DNA from: an uncultured Clostridium sp.
Lineage (GTDB): Bacteria > Bacillota_I > Bacilli_A > RF39 > UBA660
NCBI GenBank assembly: GCA_964475905.1
Contig: CAYYXX010000001.1
Span: 2,989 to 66,988, forward strand
Reading direction: 5' to 3'
Length of the DNA: 64,000 nt
Under the pieces are notes generated by a model, which saw only the letters and a list, made by a program, of their open reading frames with translations, did no database searches and was not told where the DNA came from. Below, in pieces: positions 1-9,768 of the stretch. The stretch's first letter is position 1. Each line of letters begins with the position of its first letter. A program made the position numbers and the translations under genes.

Positions 1-591
1 CACCCTATTTTCTTTTTTTACAACCATATTATCTCTTAAATAATCAAATCCAAGCTCATTATTAGTACTATATAAAATATCACAATTATATGCCTCCTGC
101 TTTTCCTTAAAAGAAAGTTCTCTTAAATTAAGACCTACAGTAAGACCTAAAAACTTAAATATACTACCCATCCACTCAGAATCTCTAGTAGACAAGAACT
201 CATTAACAGTAACAATATGAACACCATTACCAGTAAGAGCATTCAAATATGCTGGAAGCACACAAGTAAGAGTTTTACCCTCACCAGTTTTCATTTCCGC
301 TATATTACCATAATGAATAGCAAGACCACCAAGTAATTGACAATAAAACGGCTTCATTCCAACACACCTATAAGCAGCTTCTCTAGCAACCGCAAAAGCT
401 TCAACTAATATATCATCAAGACTTTCACCATCTTCTAATCTCTTTTTAAATTTTTCAGTATAATTAGCCAGTTTCTTATCAGATAAATTACTCATCTCCT
501 CATCTAAAGCATCAATCTGATCTGCTAATTTAGTAAATCTATATAATTCTTTATACTCATTATCAAATAATTTTTTAATTGTTTTAAACAT
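1..591 (-). CDS. secA: preprotein translocase ATPase SecA, N-terminal ~197 aa; gene continues past the window start
   Basis: Minus-strand translation from the ATG at 589-591 reads [19 protein letters not shown]...[90 protein letters not shown]...[17 protein letters not shown], the canonical SecA motor N-terminus. It is absent from the ORF track because it runs off the window edge. hpf-secA synteny is typical of Firmicutes. Confidence 0.85.
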   Translation of the reverse strand, partial: MFKTIKKLFDNEYKELYRFTKLADQIDALDEEMSNLSDKKLANYTEKFKKRLEDGESLDDILVEAFAVAREAAYRCVGMKPFYCQLLGGLAIHYGNIAEMKTGEGKTLTCVLPAYLNALTGNGVHIVTVNEFLSTRDSEWMGSIFKFLGLTVGLNLRELSFKEKQEAYNCDILYSTNNELGFDYLRDNMVVKKENRV

Positions 592-848
592 TAAATCATC
601 TCCTAGATAATATTTTACTATATTTTAATTGAAAAAACTAGTATATTTCCTTACTTTATTGTAGTTTTCACTCTGTATCTAAGTTCTTCACAAAAACATT
701 ATGAGTAAGTATAATCCTAAAGTCAGTAGTTTACTTATAAACAATATATGTTGATAAACCAAATTATTAAGTAAAAATTATCAACAGATACTGTGGACAG
801 CTTAACAAAGAAAAAGAAAGTATCAACAATAACTGTTGATACATAATT

Positions 849-1376
849 CTATTTAGTTTCAATCAAACCATAATCTCCATCTTTTCTCTTATAAAGAACA
901 CAAATCTTATCAGTATCCATATCCTTATATACAAAGAAAGAGTGTCCAAGAAGTTCCATTTCTAAAATAGCCTCTTCTTCATCCATAGGTTTCATTTCAA
1001 TATGTTTTCTTTTAACAATTTTTTCCTTACTCTCTTCATCATCATTTAACTCAAAATCAAAATTAAAATCTCTAATATTTTCTTTGATATTTCTATTTAA
1101 TCTAGTTTTGTTCTTTCTAATTTGCCTTTCTAATTTATCACTAACTAAGTCAATAGCAGCATATAAATCATCATTCTCTTCTTCACTTCTAAGAATAAAT
1201 TTATTAGTAGGAATAGTAACCTCCACTATCTGAGAATTACCCCTTACTCTAGCAAGTACATTAGCGGTAATATCATCATCCTTAAAATACTTTTCAAGTT
1301 TTCCTAACTTAGCTTCAGTATAATCTTTGATTGCATCGGTAATAAGCATTTTATCACCACGAATATTGTATTTCAT
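849..1376 (-). CDS. hpf: ribosome hibernation promoting factor, long form (HPF / YvyD)
   Basis: MKYNIRGDKMLITDAIKDYTEAKLGKLEKYF...VRGNSQIVEVTI... with a C-terminal dimerisation domain. Start chosen at the third Met of the track ORF by homology to YvyD N-termini. Lies immediately upstream of secA, as in Bacillus. Confidence 0.85.
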   Translation of the reverse strand: MKYNIRGDKMLITDAIKDYTEAKLGKLEKYFKDDDITANVLARVRGNSQIVEVTIPTNKFILRSEEENDDLYAAIDLVSDKLERQIRKNKTRLNRNIKENIRDFNFDFELNDDEESKEKIVKRKHIEMKPMDEEEAILEMELLGHSFFVYKDMDTDKICVLYKRKDGDYGLIETK

Positions 1377-1463
1377 ATACACATCCTCCTCCTATAAATA
1401 AAGTATATCAAAAATAATTTAAAAATAAAATAGAAAAAATGCAAATAACATAATTTAACATAA

Positions 1464-2378
1464 TTAAGACCAAAGTTTAGACTTATACTCCCCATTTTTA
1501 ACTAGTTTTTTAATAGAAGCCTTAACATCAGGAGTATCTTCTCTATAAGTAACCCCATGCCAACTAGCAGAAGTTTTAATAACTTTCATAGAAGCTTTAC
1601 CACTATTAATCAAATAACTAACAACTTCAGGAATCAAATATTCTGAGGTAAGCATATCATTTTTATTATCTTCAAAAAATTTATCAAATCCCTCTTCGAT
1701 ATAATTAAATATACTAGGAGTAAATAATAATAAATTCATACTTACAGTATCCTCATCACTTACAATAAAACTACTACTTCCATCTAAAGGCTTAGCAATA
1801 ATATCATTATTAATTTTTTCAACCTTACTCTCAGTAATAGATTTTAAATAACAATTATCATTTACCTCACAAACACCCCTTTTAACAGAACCATTTTCTG
1901 TTAAAGTATTAGATACCATATAACCAATCATTCCATAATCATTAGAATCATTAGCAGTTTCACTTAAAAAATTATAAGCCTTAACAAAAGCATCTCTACC
2001 ATAAAAATCATCAGAATTAATCATAGCAAAAGGCTCATTAACAAAATCCTTAGCACACAAAACAGCATGAGCAGTACCAAGAGGCTTAACTCTATCTTTT
2101 GGAATAACACAACTAAGAGGTAAATTATCAAGTTCCTGAAAAGCATATAAAACTTTTACATGAGGTTCAATTCTTTTACCAATTGTCTCCTTAAATAACT
2201 CATAATTCTCCCTTTTAATAATAAATACAATCTTATTAAAACCAGCTAAAGTAGCATCATAAACTGAATAATCAATAATAAATTCCCCATTAGGTCCCAT
2301 TGGTTCAATCTGTTTTAATCCCCCAAATCTACTCCCCATACCAGCAGCCAAAATAACTAAAGTAACATCTTTTTTCAT
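1464..2378 (-). CDS. sugar-phosphate nucleotidyltransferase family protein (NTP_transferase fold)
   Basis: N-terminal LVILAAGMGSRFGG-LKQ glycine-rich nucleotidyltransferase signature; 304 aa. Substrate cannot be assigned from sequence. Confidence 0.6.
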   Translation of the reverse strand: MKKDVTLVILAAGMGSRFGGLKQIEPMGPNGEFIIDYSVYDATLAGFNKIVFIIKRENYELFKETIGKRIEPHVKVLYAFQELDNLPLSCVIPKDRVKPLGTAHAVLCAKDFVNEPFAMINSDDFYGRDAFVKAYNFLSETANDSNDYGMIGYMVSNTLTENGSVKRGVCEVNDNCYLKSITESKVEKINNDIIAKPLDGSSSFIVSDEDTVSMNLLLFTPSIFNYIEEGFDKFFEDNKNDMLTSEYLIPEVVSYLINSGKASMKVIKTSASWHGVTYREDTPDVKASIKKLVKNGEYKSKLWS

Positions 2379-2483
2379 ACTTCCTCTCTTTCTACCCCTC
2401 TTATCTCTTCTTATAAATAAATTATATCAAATAAAATAAAAAAAGTTAATACATAAAAGAAAAATGATACATACAGTATCACT

Positions 2484-3596
2484 TTACTTAAATTGTTTCA
2501 TATAAACATTATATTTCTTTTCCAATACAGTATCAGAAAATTTAAAACCAGCATCTTCCCTTAACTTATCTAAAGCAATATAAGAAATATTAGTATCATC
2601 AGCTTGTTTCTCACTAACTAAAGTATCAATTATTTCTTCCTTAACATCATCCAAAGAAGGTTTCTCTTTTTGATCAATCCTATAAATAACATGATAACCA
2701 TAAGAAGTTTTAACAGGTTCTTTACTATAACTATCATTCTCTAATTCTTCCATAGCACTCATATAAGCAGATTCTAAACTTGCATTATATGATTTATATC
2801 CCAATTCTTCATATGTAATTTGATCTTTATACTCATCCTTTACCTCATCAAAAGATTTACCAGAATCCAACTTAGAAATAATTTCTTTAGCCAATTTAAG
2901 AGCCTCATCTTTATCCTCATCACTAGCGGAAGAATCAACCTTTACCAAAATATGCTTAGTATTAATATCACCATATACCTTATCATCATAATACTTTTCC
3001 ACATCTTTATCAGAAAGTAAAGTCTTAATATAATCTTTAGCATAATTATTTCTTCTATATTGTAATCTTAAATAATCAATAAAATCATTCTCACTAGCAA
3101 ATCCATTATTCGATAAGAAAGTAGCTTTATCCATCTGATAATATTGTTCATAAGCATTATAATAATCCTCAGCCTGACTCTTTATCTCATCATTCATATC
3201 ATCATTTTCAGGATATTTTTCTTCTAAAATTTTATTATCAATCTTATCTAGTAAAGAACTAATAGAATAAATATCTTTCATATCCTCATATAATTCATCC
3301 GCAGTTACAACATAACCATCAATTTCCGCTACTGGTTGTGTACCATCCTCCAAAGTAGCAATTCTATCAGGCCAAATTATTACTACAACTAATATAGTAA
3401 CTAATATTCCTCCAATAGTACCATAGATAGCTAATTTATATTTATCAAAAAATTCAAATATCTTCAAAACCTTATCATCATTTACCTTATTTACCCTTTC
3501 TTCAGTCTTCTTCTTAGTACTTTTACTAGATACTTTCTCTTTATTTATTTCTACCTCTTTTTTACTTTTCTTTTTTTCATCCTTTTTCTTTGCCAT
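2484..3596 (-). CDS. prsA: membrane-anchored parvulin-type peptidyl-prolyl isomerase (PrsA-like foldase)
   Basis: Lys-rich N-terminus, one TM helix, then a parvulin block KHILV...SFDEV...GYHVIYRID. The track ORF begins at a TTG; the ATG at 3594-3596 follows a strong RBS (AAGGAGA plus 7 nt), so that start is used. Confidence 0.6.
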   Translation of the reverse strand: MAKKKDEKKKSKKEVEINKEKVSSKSTKKKTEERVNKVNDDKVLKIFEFFDKYKLAIYGTIGGILVTILVVVIIWPDRIATLEDGTQPVAEIDGYVVTADELYEDMKDIYSISSLLDKIDNKILEEKYPENDDMNDEIKSQAEDYYNAYEQYYQMDKATFLSNNGFASENDFIDYLRLQYRRNNYAKDYIKTLLSDKDVEKYYDDKVYGDINTKHILVKVDSSASDEDKDEALKLAKEIISKLDSGKSFDEVKDEYKDQITYEELGYKSYNASLESAYMSAMEELENDSYSKEPVKTSYGYHVIYRIDQKEKPSLDDVKEEIIDTLVSEKQADDTNISYIALDKLREDAGFKFSDTVLEKKYNVYMKQFK

Positions 3597-3746
3597 TTTG
3601 TTATCTCCTTTCAAAATTACATTAATATGATATCAAAAATAAAGAAAAATTACAATATCATTTTTAAATTATGGTACAAATAACATAATTTTATATAATT
3701 TTTTAATTAAATTTGCCATTCTATATCAAACTTAAAAATTAATATT

Positions 3747-3775
3747 GACCATTTAGTTTTATTTTAATATTATAA
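3747..3775 (+). promoter_or_regulatory. candidate sigma-A promoter (TTGACC - 17 nt - TATTAT) upstream of the YjcZ-like peptide operon
   Basis: ttgaccatttagttttattttaatattat has the hexamers at optimal spacing and is followed by a tiny 18-codon ORF and hairpins. Confidence 0.3.
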
Positions 3776-4049
3776 ACACTAAGACAATATAAAAGGGAGA
3801 TAGTATTAATGAATAATTTAATATTAAAAGATAACACTAAGATAGAAGATTTAGCTTATATATAATAAGTGCGTAGGCACATTATTTTAAGACTTATTTA
3901 TAAGGCTTAAAATAACAGTGCGAGACTATCTTTAGATAGGCTCAAACTGAACATAATAAACTAAATTATTTTTATAATTTAATTAGCCTAGCACCTTTTT
4001 ATTAGTTTCCCATAAAATACTGTGAATAGAAAAAAAGGAGGAATGTATT

Positions 4050-4142
4050 ATGAGTAACTGTGGATGCGGTACTGGTTCTAGTGCTGCTATTGTGTTAGTT
4101 CTATTTATCCTACTAATAATCATATTAGGCGCTTGGATATAA
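4050..4142 (+). CDS. YjcZ-like small hydrophobic peptide, 30 aa (MSNCGCGTGSSAAIVLVLFILLIIILGAWI)
   Basis: RBS AAAGGAGG 7 nt upstream; Gly/Cys/Ser-rich head followed by one hydrophobic helix, as in the Bacillus YjcZ sporulation peptide family. Absent from the ORF track because it is under 60 aa. Confidence 0.5.
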   Translation: MSNCGCGTGSSAAIVLVLFILLIIILGAWI

Positions 4143-4161
4143 TAAAAGGAGGTGCATAATA

Positions 4162-4284
4162 ATGTCAGGTAATAGTTCATGTAGCAAATCCTGCAATCAA
4201 AAAGGAAGTAGCGGTTTATTAATAGTTATAGTATTATACATTTTACTTGCTATCATATTAGGAAATGCTTTCTTATATTATTAA
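4162..4284 (+). CDS. YjcZ-like small hydrophobic peptide, 40 aa (MSGNSSCSKSCNQKGSSGLLIVIVLYILLAIILGNAFLYY)
   Basis: Second tandem copy with its own RBS AAGGAGGTG, followed by a rho-independent terminator. Confidence 0.5.
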   Translation: MSGNSSCSKSCNQKGSSGLLIVIVLYILLAIILGNAFLYY

Positions 4285-4295
4285 AAAATTTAGAG

Positions 4296-4318
4296 AAACT
4301 ATCTTCGGATAGTTTTTT
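4296..4318 (+). terminator. rho-independent terminator (aaactatc-ttcg-gatagttt followed by a T-run)
   Basis: Perfect 8-bp stem, TTCG loop, then TTTTTT. Confidence 0.6.
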
Positions 4319-4344
4319 ATTATAAATAAAAAAGTAGAAATATT

Positions 4345-4701
4345 CTACTTCAATATGTCATAAACTTCTTCAATTGACAACTTACTCTCATTATAATACT
4401 TAGGAATCAAATGTAAATGATAGTGCTTAATATCCTGACCTAATCCATTATTTTGAGCAAGCGTAATACCATCACAATGTAACCTATCTTTGATGCAATC
4501 AGCAGTCTCTTTAGCAACTTTCAAAATATGTCCTAAAGTTTCATCATCTATATCAAAAAAATCTTGATAATGTTTCTTAGGAACAACAAGAGTATGCCCA
4601 GTACTATTAGGATTAACATCTAAAAATACTTTAACAACATCATCTTCATATATAGTATATGATGGTACTTCATTATTAATTATCTTACAAAAAACATCCA
4701 T
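4345..4701 (-). CDS. HIT-family (histidine triad) nucleotide hydrolase
   Basis: MDVFCKIINNEVP...HTLVVPKKH...HYHLHLIP histidine-triad motif. Start taken at the internal Met, preceded by GGAGG plus 8 nt. Confidence 0.8.
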   Translation of the reverse strand: MDVFCKIINNEVPSYTIYEDDVVKVFLDVNPNSTGHTLVVPKKHYQDFFDIDDETLGHILKVAKETADCIKDRLHCDGITLAQNNGLGQDIKHYHLHLIPKYYNESKLSIEEVYDILK

Positions 4702-4826
4702 ATTATATACCTCCAATACCATTATACTAAAAAAAAGAAAATAAATAAATATTTTCTTAAGCGAATATCTGCGAATATTCTATTAACATTATGTAACAAA
4801 ACAATATAATTTATACCATCATAAAA

Positions 4827-5462
4827 CTAATTACTAATTTTACTAAAAATTTTTACTGTATCATAAAAAGAATTAAACCTCTTATTCCAATTATTCTTAA
4901 TCTCCTTAATCAAAGAATTTCTAATAATCTTAATATCCTCCTCATCTTTCTCAAAATAATCATAATACAAATATCGCAAATTAATAATATTTTTTTCACT
5001 ATTAATATATTTAATAAGAAAACTCTTCTTCTCTCTTACACTTCTTAAAACATCATCCCTTTTTAACTTAGTATCCTTAACAATATCAATCTTATAACTT
5101 TTACAAGAACAAACCTCCTCTAATACCTCTTCCTCCTCATCTAAAGTAAGACTACTTCTTTTTAGTAAACAACCCCTTTCATTAAAAAGAACACCAATAA
5201 CTTCTCTACCATTTGATACAAGACAAGCAATACCAATTTTATTCCTAGTATAAGTATAAGTTTTATCCCTTATCAAACTAATAAAATCTTCACTAACAAC
5301 AACATTATCATACTTCAAAATATCCAAAGAACTATCATCTATCAAAAATAAAGGAATCTTTTTAATATTAATAATACAATCCTTTCTACTCCATTCAAAA
5401 AAATTAAAATAATCCCTATTAAAATTAAGAACAATATCATAAATATAATTCATTACTATCAT
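4827..5462 (-). CDS. hypothetical protein (211 aa)
   Basis: Long ORF with coding-strand composition like its neighbours; no recognisable motif. Confidence 0.5.
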   Translation of the reverse strand: MIVMNYIYDIVLNFNRDYFNFFEWSRKDCIINIKKIPLFLIDDSSLDILKYDNVVVSEDFISLIRDKTYTYTRNKIGIACLVSNGREVIGVLFNERGCLLKRSSLTLDEEEEVLEEVCSCKSYKIDIVKDTKLKRDDVLRSVREKKSFLIKYINSEKNIINLRYLYYDYFEKDEEDIKIIRNSLIKEIKNNWNKRFNSFYDTVKIFSKISN

Positions 5463-5670
5463 CTCCCTTAATTGTCATTGATAAAATCATAATAATAAGA
5501 CCAATAATACTAAAATAACATTCAAATCTTCTAACAATAAAATTAACATAATTAAAAAAATTATACCCAATAGTCATTAAATTAAGATATAAAATAATAA
5601 AACTACAACCAATAACCATAAAACCAAAACCAAATAAAAAGAAAAAAACTCTTACCATAATATCCCTCAT
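5437..5670 (-). CDS. hypothetical small membrane protein (77 aa)
   Basis: Two predicted TM helices; fills an otherwise empty gap upstream of the 211-aa ORF. Confidence 0.3.
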   Translation of the reverse strand: MRDIMVRVFFFLFGFGFMVIGCSFIILYLNLMTIGYNFFNYVNFIVRRFECYFSIIGLIIMILSMTIKGDDSNELYL

Positions 5671-5716
5671 TAAAACTTATGTAATAATAAAGATAATATT
5701 AAGAGTTTTTAAATAA

Positions 5717-6784
5717 TTAATTTTCCCCCTTATCTTCAATTTCCACTTTACTAATAGAATCAAATCTCTTAGTAATTTTATCAGTAGTAACATGAATACT
5801 CTCAATATCCTTGTTAACAGTTTCCATACTTCTAGATAACTTATCCCATCTCTCCTTATATCTAGAAAATTCAACCCCAAGCTTATTAAGCTCATTATGA
5901 ATAACACTAGTATATTTATCCCTTTCCATGTTTTTAAGTAGAACTTCAATTACCGTAAAAGTACTAATTAATGTAGTAGGAGAACAAATCCATACCCTTT
6001 TCCTATGAGCATATTCAACAAGATCACTATGATAAGCATTAATCTCTGCAAATAAAGCCTCTGCTGGTAAAAACATAATAGCCTGATCAGAAGTAACCCC
6101 AGGTATAATATATTTACTACTAATAGCATCAATATGCCTTTTAACATCAATCTTAAATTCTTTCTCAGCCATATTCCTCTCAGCTTGAGAAATCTTTTTA
6201 TCTACCATTTTTTGATAATGTTCTAAAGGAAATTTAGAATCAATAGCTACCGTACCAAGAGGTTCAGGAGCAAATATAACAGCATCCGCTATAGTAGTAT
6301 TAGGAAAAGTATATTGAAGTCTATATACATTATCATTCTTTTCCCCAAAAATACTAACAAGAATATGTTTTAAATTAATTTCCCCAAATATTCCTCTACT
6401 CTTCTTATCAGTAAGAATACTCTGAAGAGATATAATATCAGTACTTAAACTATCAATCTTCTTTTGTGCTTCATCAATTCTCGACAACCTCTCTAAAATA
6501 TTAGAAAAAGTCTTATTAGTTTTAGCAAAGTTATCATCAAGCCTTTCATTAACTTTATCATTAATTTGTGTAAGTTTTTTTTCTACCCTATCACTAAGAC
6601 CATTAAAATTATCATTCATTGTCTTCATAATATCAATTTGAAACCCCGACAACTCCTTAACCGTATTAGTCTCTAATTTACTTATCCTATCAGTAATTAC
6701 CCTTTCATTAACATTTTTACATATCGCAATAATAACAAGAATAATAACAATAATAAGAAGTCCAATAATAATATAATCAAACAT
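5717..6784 (-). CDS. rmuC: DNA recombination protein RmuC
   Basis: N-terminal TM helix, long coiled coil, then the RmuC C-terminal domain. Start moved to MFDYII, preceded by GGAGG. Confidence 0.8.
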   Translation of the reverse strand: MFDYIIIGLLIIVIILVIIAICKNVNERVITDRISKLETNTVKELSGFQIDIMKTMNDNFNGLSDRVEKKLTQINDKVNERLDDNFAKTNKTFSNILERLSRIDEAQKKIDSLSTDIISLQSILTDKKSRGIFGEINLKHILVSIFGEKNDNVYRLQYTFPNTTIADAVIFAPEPLGTVAIDSKFPLEHYQKMVDKKISQAERNMAEKEFKIDVKRHIDAISSKYIIPGVTSDQAIMFLPAEALFAEINAYHSDLVEYAHRKRVWICSPTTLISTFTVIEVLLKNMERDKYTSVIHNELNKLGVEFSRYKERWDKLSRSMETVNKDIESIHVTTDKITKRFDSISKVEIEDKGEN

Positions 6785-6890
6785 TTTAATACCTCCATAT
6801 TTCTTATAAAAGTATAACACAACTAAAATAAATAGTAAATAACTAAAAGTAAAAAAACAAACAATTGTACAATAAATATCTCATTATAAA

Positions 6891-8264
6891 TCAATTATTA
6901 ACCAAATGTCTTACACTAGGAGTACTCCTATCAATAGCCCTAAAAGAATAACCATTACTCTTTCCATAATCAATAATATCCCGTAAAGCATTCAAAGTAG
7001 CCATATGACTAGCAGAATCGTGCATAAGTACAACATTAGTTTTATTATGAGATAACCCCTTAATAACATTATTATATATCCTCCTACTATCATTAATATC
7101 ACTACCAGCATCATTAGAATCAACATTCCAATCAAAATAATTATAACCCCTACTAACAACTTCCATAGTAAGTCTAGACATAATACCCCTATTATAATTT
7201 CTACTTACCGTATTAGAACTACCACCAGGGAATCTTATAATATTACTTCTAATACCAATTGCATAATAAACCTCATCACTAACTTTACTTAAATCATCAA
7301 AATAATTCTTTTCATTAGCATAAATATAACTATATAAATGTGAAGCAGTATGTAAAGCAATAGCATGTCCACTATTATAAGCCCGCACTACATAATCTCC
7401 ACCACTAGTAACAAAAAAAGTCGCCTTAACATTTTCTTCATCAAGAATATCAAGAATTTTACCAGTTAAATAACTAGGCCCATCATCAAAAGTTAAATAA
7501 ATAACACCATTACCATAATAATAAGGTCTATTAATAACAGCAATTATCCTCTCAGCACTAGAAGTATTCCCACTACTATCAGTAACCTCATAAACAATAG
7601 TATATTCCCCTACTTTATTACTATCAACAACCCCTGTGGATAAAATCTTATCACTAATATCCCCATCACAATTATCATAAGCTAAAGCCCCACTATCAAC
7701 ATAATCACTACCTCTATAAATAGTAACCCTATTACTCCCCTTAATCTCAATAGAGGGCTTCTCATTATCCTCAAAAATAAGTCTCCTCTTAGTCTCAAAA
7801 TAATTCCCCGAACTATCCTTAACACTATACATAACAAAATCATCAAAATAATTAACCATAACCCTATCAGTAATATCCCCATCATAATCGTCAGTAGCGG
7901 TAAATCCCTCTTCAGCATAATCCCTATTAGGACAAACCAAAGAACTATCATTCCCCCTCAAAGAAATAGTAGGCCTATTCTTATCACAAACCTTTATCTT
8001 AAATACCCTATCATATCTAAAAAACAAATATCTAACACTTACCACCACATCATAACTACCAACAGTACTCCTATCAATATTATCCCGAACCTTAATATAC
8101 TTACTAATGTCTCCTAAAACATTATAAGCCTTTATATTATAAGTATCTTCCCCATTAAAATTAATTTCCCTATTGTCAATAACAACATGAGGAGACAATA
8201 AACTAATAACCAAAAAAAGAGTACTGATAACAATAAAAATAAAAACCAGTACTCTAAACTTCAT
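6891..8264 (-). CDS. secreted polysaccharide deacetylase (NodB homology domain) with N-terminal Ig-like repeats
   Basis: Signal/TM segment, two Ig-like (DUF5011-type) repeats, then NodB motifs TFDDGP ... HTASH ... LMHD. Confidence 0.7.
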   Translation of the reverse strand: MKFRVLVFIFIVISTLFLVISLLSPHVVIDNREINFNGEDTYNIKAYNVLGDISKYIKVRDNIDRSTVGSYDVVVSVRYLFFRYDRVFKIKVCDKNRPTISLRGNDSSLVCPNRDYAEEGFTATDDYDGDITDRVMVNYFDDFVMYSVKDSSGNYFETKRRLIFEDNEKPSIEIKGSNRVTIYRGSDYVDSGALAYDNCDGDISDKILSTGVVDSNKVGEYTIVYEVTDSSGNTSSAERIIAVINRPYYYGNGVIYLTFDDGPSYLTGKILDILDEENVKATFFVTSGGDYVVRAYNSGHAIALHTASHLYSYIYANEKNYFDDLSKVSDEVYYAIGIRSNIIRFPGGSSNTVSRNYNRGIMSRLTMEVVSRGYNYFDWNVDSNDAGSDINDSRRIYNNVIKGLSHNKTNVVLMHDSASHMATLNALRDIIDYGKSNGYSFRAIDRSTPSVRHLVNN

Positions 8265-8314
8265 ACAACCAACTTCCTTATCCCCTTAATTATAACATCA
8301 TCATAAAAAAAATA

Positions 8315-9040
8315 CTATTCCAAGACAGTATTTTTAATAGGCTTTACATTCTTTTCGTAAACAGTAACCTTATAATTATTATCAATCGTAGCCAAAAGAA
8401 TATTATCATAATTATCATAGCCCAATACCTTAAGCTCATGATCAAGCCAGCCCTTATCCTTACCCAAAGCCCCCATATTCTTTTCCATATAAGCTCCATC
8501 AATAATCCCATTAGTAGTAAGCCCCTCATCACTACACTTAATCCTCATATCCCCCTTACTCGCAGGCTTCTTTTTCTCTTTAGCAAGAAAACTAATATTA
8601 CCATTAACTTCCATAAGAGCATAATCAATTTCATCTAAATTAAAATAACCATTTTCCCTAGCTTCCGCCAGAAGCTCATTAACATCAATCTTTACTTTCT
8701 TTAAACCAGACTCAATTACTTTCCCCTTTTCCACAAGAACTGTGGGTACACCAATAAAAAATCTTCTAGCTAAAATACTTTTCATAGATAAAAAAGAAAT
8801 AAGATATGAAATACACCCATAAATAAATAAAGAAGCAATACCCGCTAGCATATCCTTTTCAATATCAAGAGAAATATCCGCTGCAATTGAACCAATAGTA
8901 ATACCAACAACATAATCAAAAAAATTAAGCTGAGATATTTGCTTTTTCCCCATCATCTTAGTAATAAAAAAAAGAATAATAAGTACAAATAAAGTTCTAA
9001 AACAAATATTAAGAAAATCAATCATTATAAAACACCTCAT
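8315..9040 (-). CDS. DUF421 / YetF-family membrane protein
   Basis: Two to three N-terminal TM helices plus a C-terminal soluble domain typical of the YetF/YdfS family. Confidence 0.6.
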   Translation of the reverse strand: MRCFIMIDFLNICFRTLFVLIILFFITKMMGKKQISQLNFFDYVVGITIGSIAADISLDIEKDMLAGIASLFIYGCISYLISFLSMKSILARRFFIGVPTVLVEKGKVIESGLKKVKIDVNELLAEARENGYFNLDEIDYALMEVNGNISFLAKEKKKPASKGDMRIKCSDEGLTTNGIIDGAYMEKNMGALGKDKGWLDHELKVLGYDNYDNILLATIDNNYKVTVYEKNVKPIKNTVLE

Positions 9041-9064
9041 AATTAGTATGAAGTGTAAAAATAA

Positions 9065-9436
9065 TTATATACCATTAATATTATTAACAATCATAGAAAC
9101 TAAAAGTAAAATAACAATAACAATATAATACTTTCTAAACAAATAAACTATAACTCTATTTGAAAAATTATCATTAATAAAGATATCTCTAATTAAGAAA
9201 ATAATATAAATAAGACACAAAACAAATAAAGGAATACCTAAAAAATTATATCTAAAAGCCAAAGCTAAATCAAAATTTAAAATAGCCATTAAACATCTAG
9301 TAAGACCACAACCGGGACAAGAAATATTAAATAATCTTTTAAAAAGGCATTCCCAATTAAACTCTCCAAATAAAGCCAAATAAATAAACAAAATAATAGA
9401 AAGAATAATAAATAAATTAATTAATCTCTTTTTCAT
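9065..9436 (-). CDS. DUF2752-family membrane protein (CPGCG motif)
   Basis: FNISCPGCGLTRC motif between TM helices. Confidence 0.55.
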   Translation of the reverse strand: MKKRLINLFIILSIILFIYLALFGEFNWECLFKRLFNISCPGCGLTRCLMAILNFDLALAFRYNFLGIPLFVLCLIYIIFLIRDIFINDNFSNRVIVYLFRKYYIVIVILLLVSMIVNNINGI

Positions 9437-9756
9437 TAATTACTAAGACTATTACCATTAGCATCCTTAACAACATCACCAGAAAGAATCATAATTCCCT
9501 CAATAAGTCCCCAAATATAAGAAATAGGACTTAAAATACCACAAGATAAAACCGTAATCAAAAGCTGAGCAACAGCTTTACCAGTATAACCAAGATAAAA
9601 ATTATGAACACCAAAAGACCCCAAGAAAATACCAAATAAACCTGCTGCTACTTTAGATTTAGCATTAATATTTTTATCAATTTTAACACCACAACTCAAA
9701 CAAATATCTTGAGTATCATTAATCTCTTTCCCACAATTAGCACAATATTTAGCCAT
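9436..9756 (-). CDS. zinc-ribbon plus TM2-domain protein
   Basis: N-terminal CxxC...CxxC zinc ribbon, then a TM2 domain (GxFGxHxFYLGYTGKAxxQL). Confidence 0.6.
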   Translation of the reverse strand: MAKYCANCGKEINDTQDICLSCGVKIDKNINAKSKVAAGLFGIFLGSFGVHNFYLGYTGKAVAQLLITVLSCGILSPISYIWGLIEGIMILSGDVVKDANGNSLSN

Positions 9757-9768
9757 AAATATAACCTC

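Noticed and set aside
2820-3020. Plus-strand 66-aa ORF inside the prsA-like gene, and the many similar antisense ORFs in the track (for example 7682-7951, 9955-10377, 11128-11541, 14550-14792, 25299-26210, 31545-32036)
   Set aside because: They are antisense to long, well-supported genes, have extreme Ile/Leu/Asn/Phe composition expected from translating AT-rich antisense DNA, and lack RBSs.
3983-4180. 65-aa minus-strand ORF from the six-frame track
   Set aside because: It overlaps the two RBS-equipped YjcZ-like peptide genes on the opposite strand and has no RBS; it is almost certainly a non-coding frame.
5677-6150. 90-aa and 60-aa minus-strand ORFs overlapping the rmuC 5' end and interior
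   Set aside because: They lie in alternative frames of rmuC, are Leu/Ile-rich low-complexity products of the AT-rich sequence, and have no RBS.
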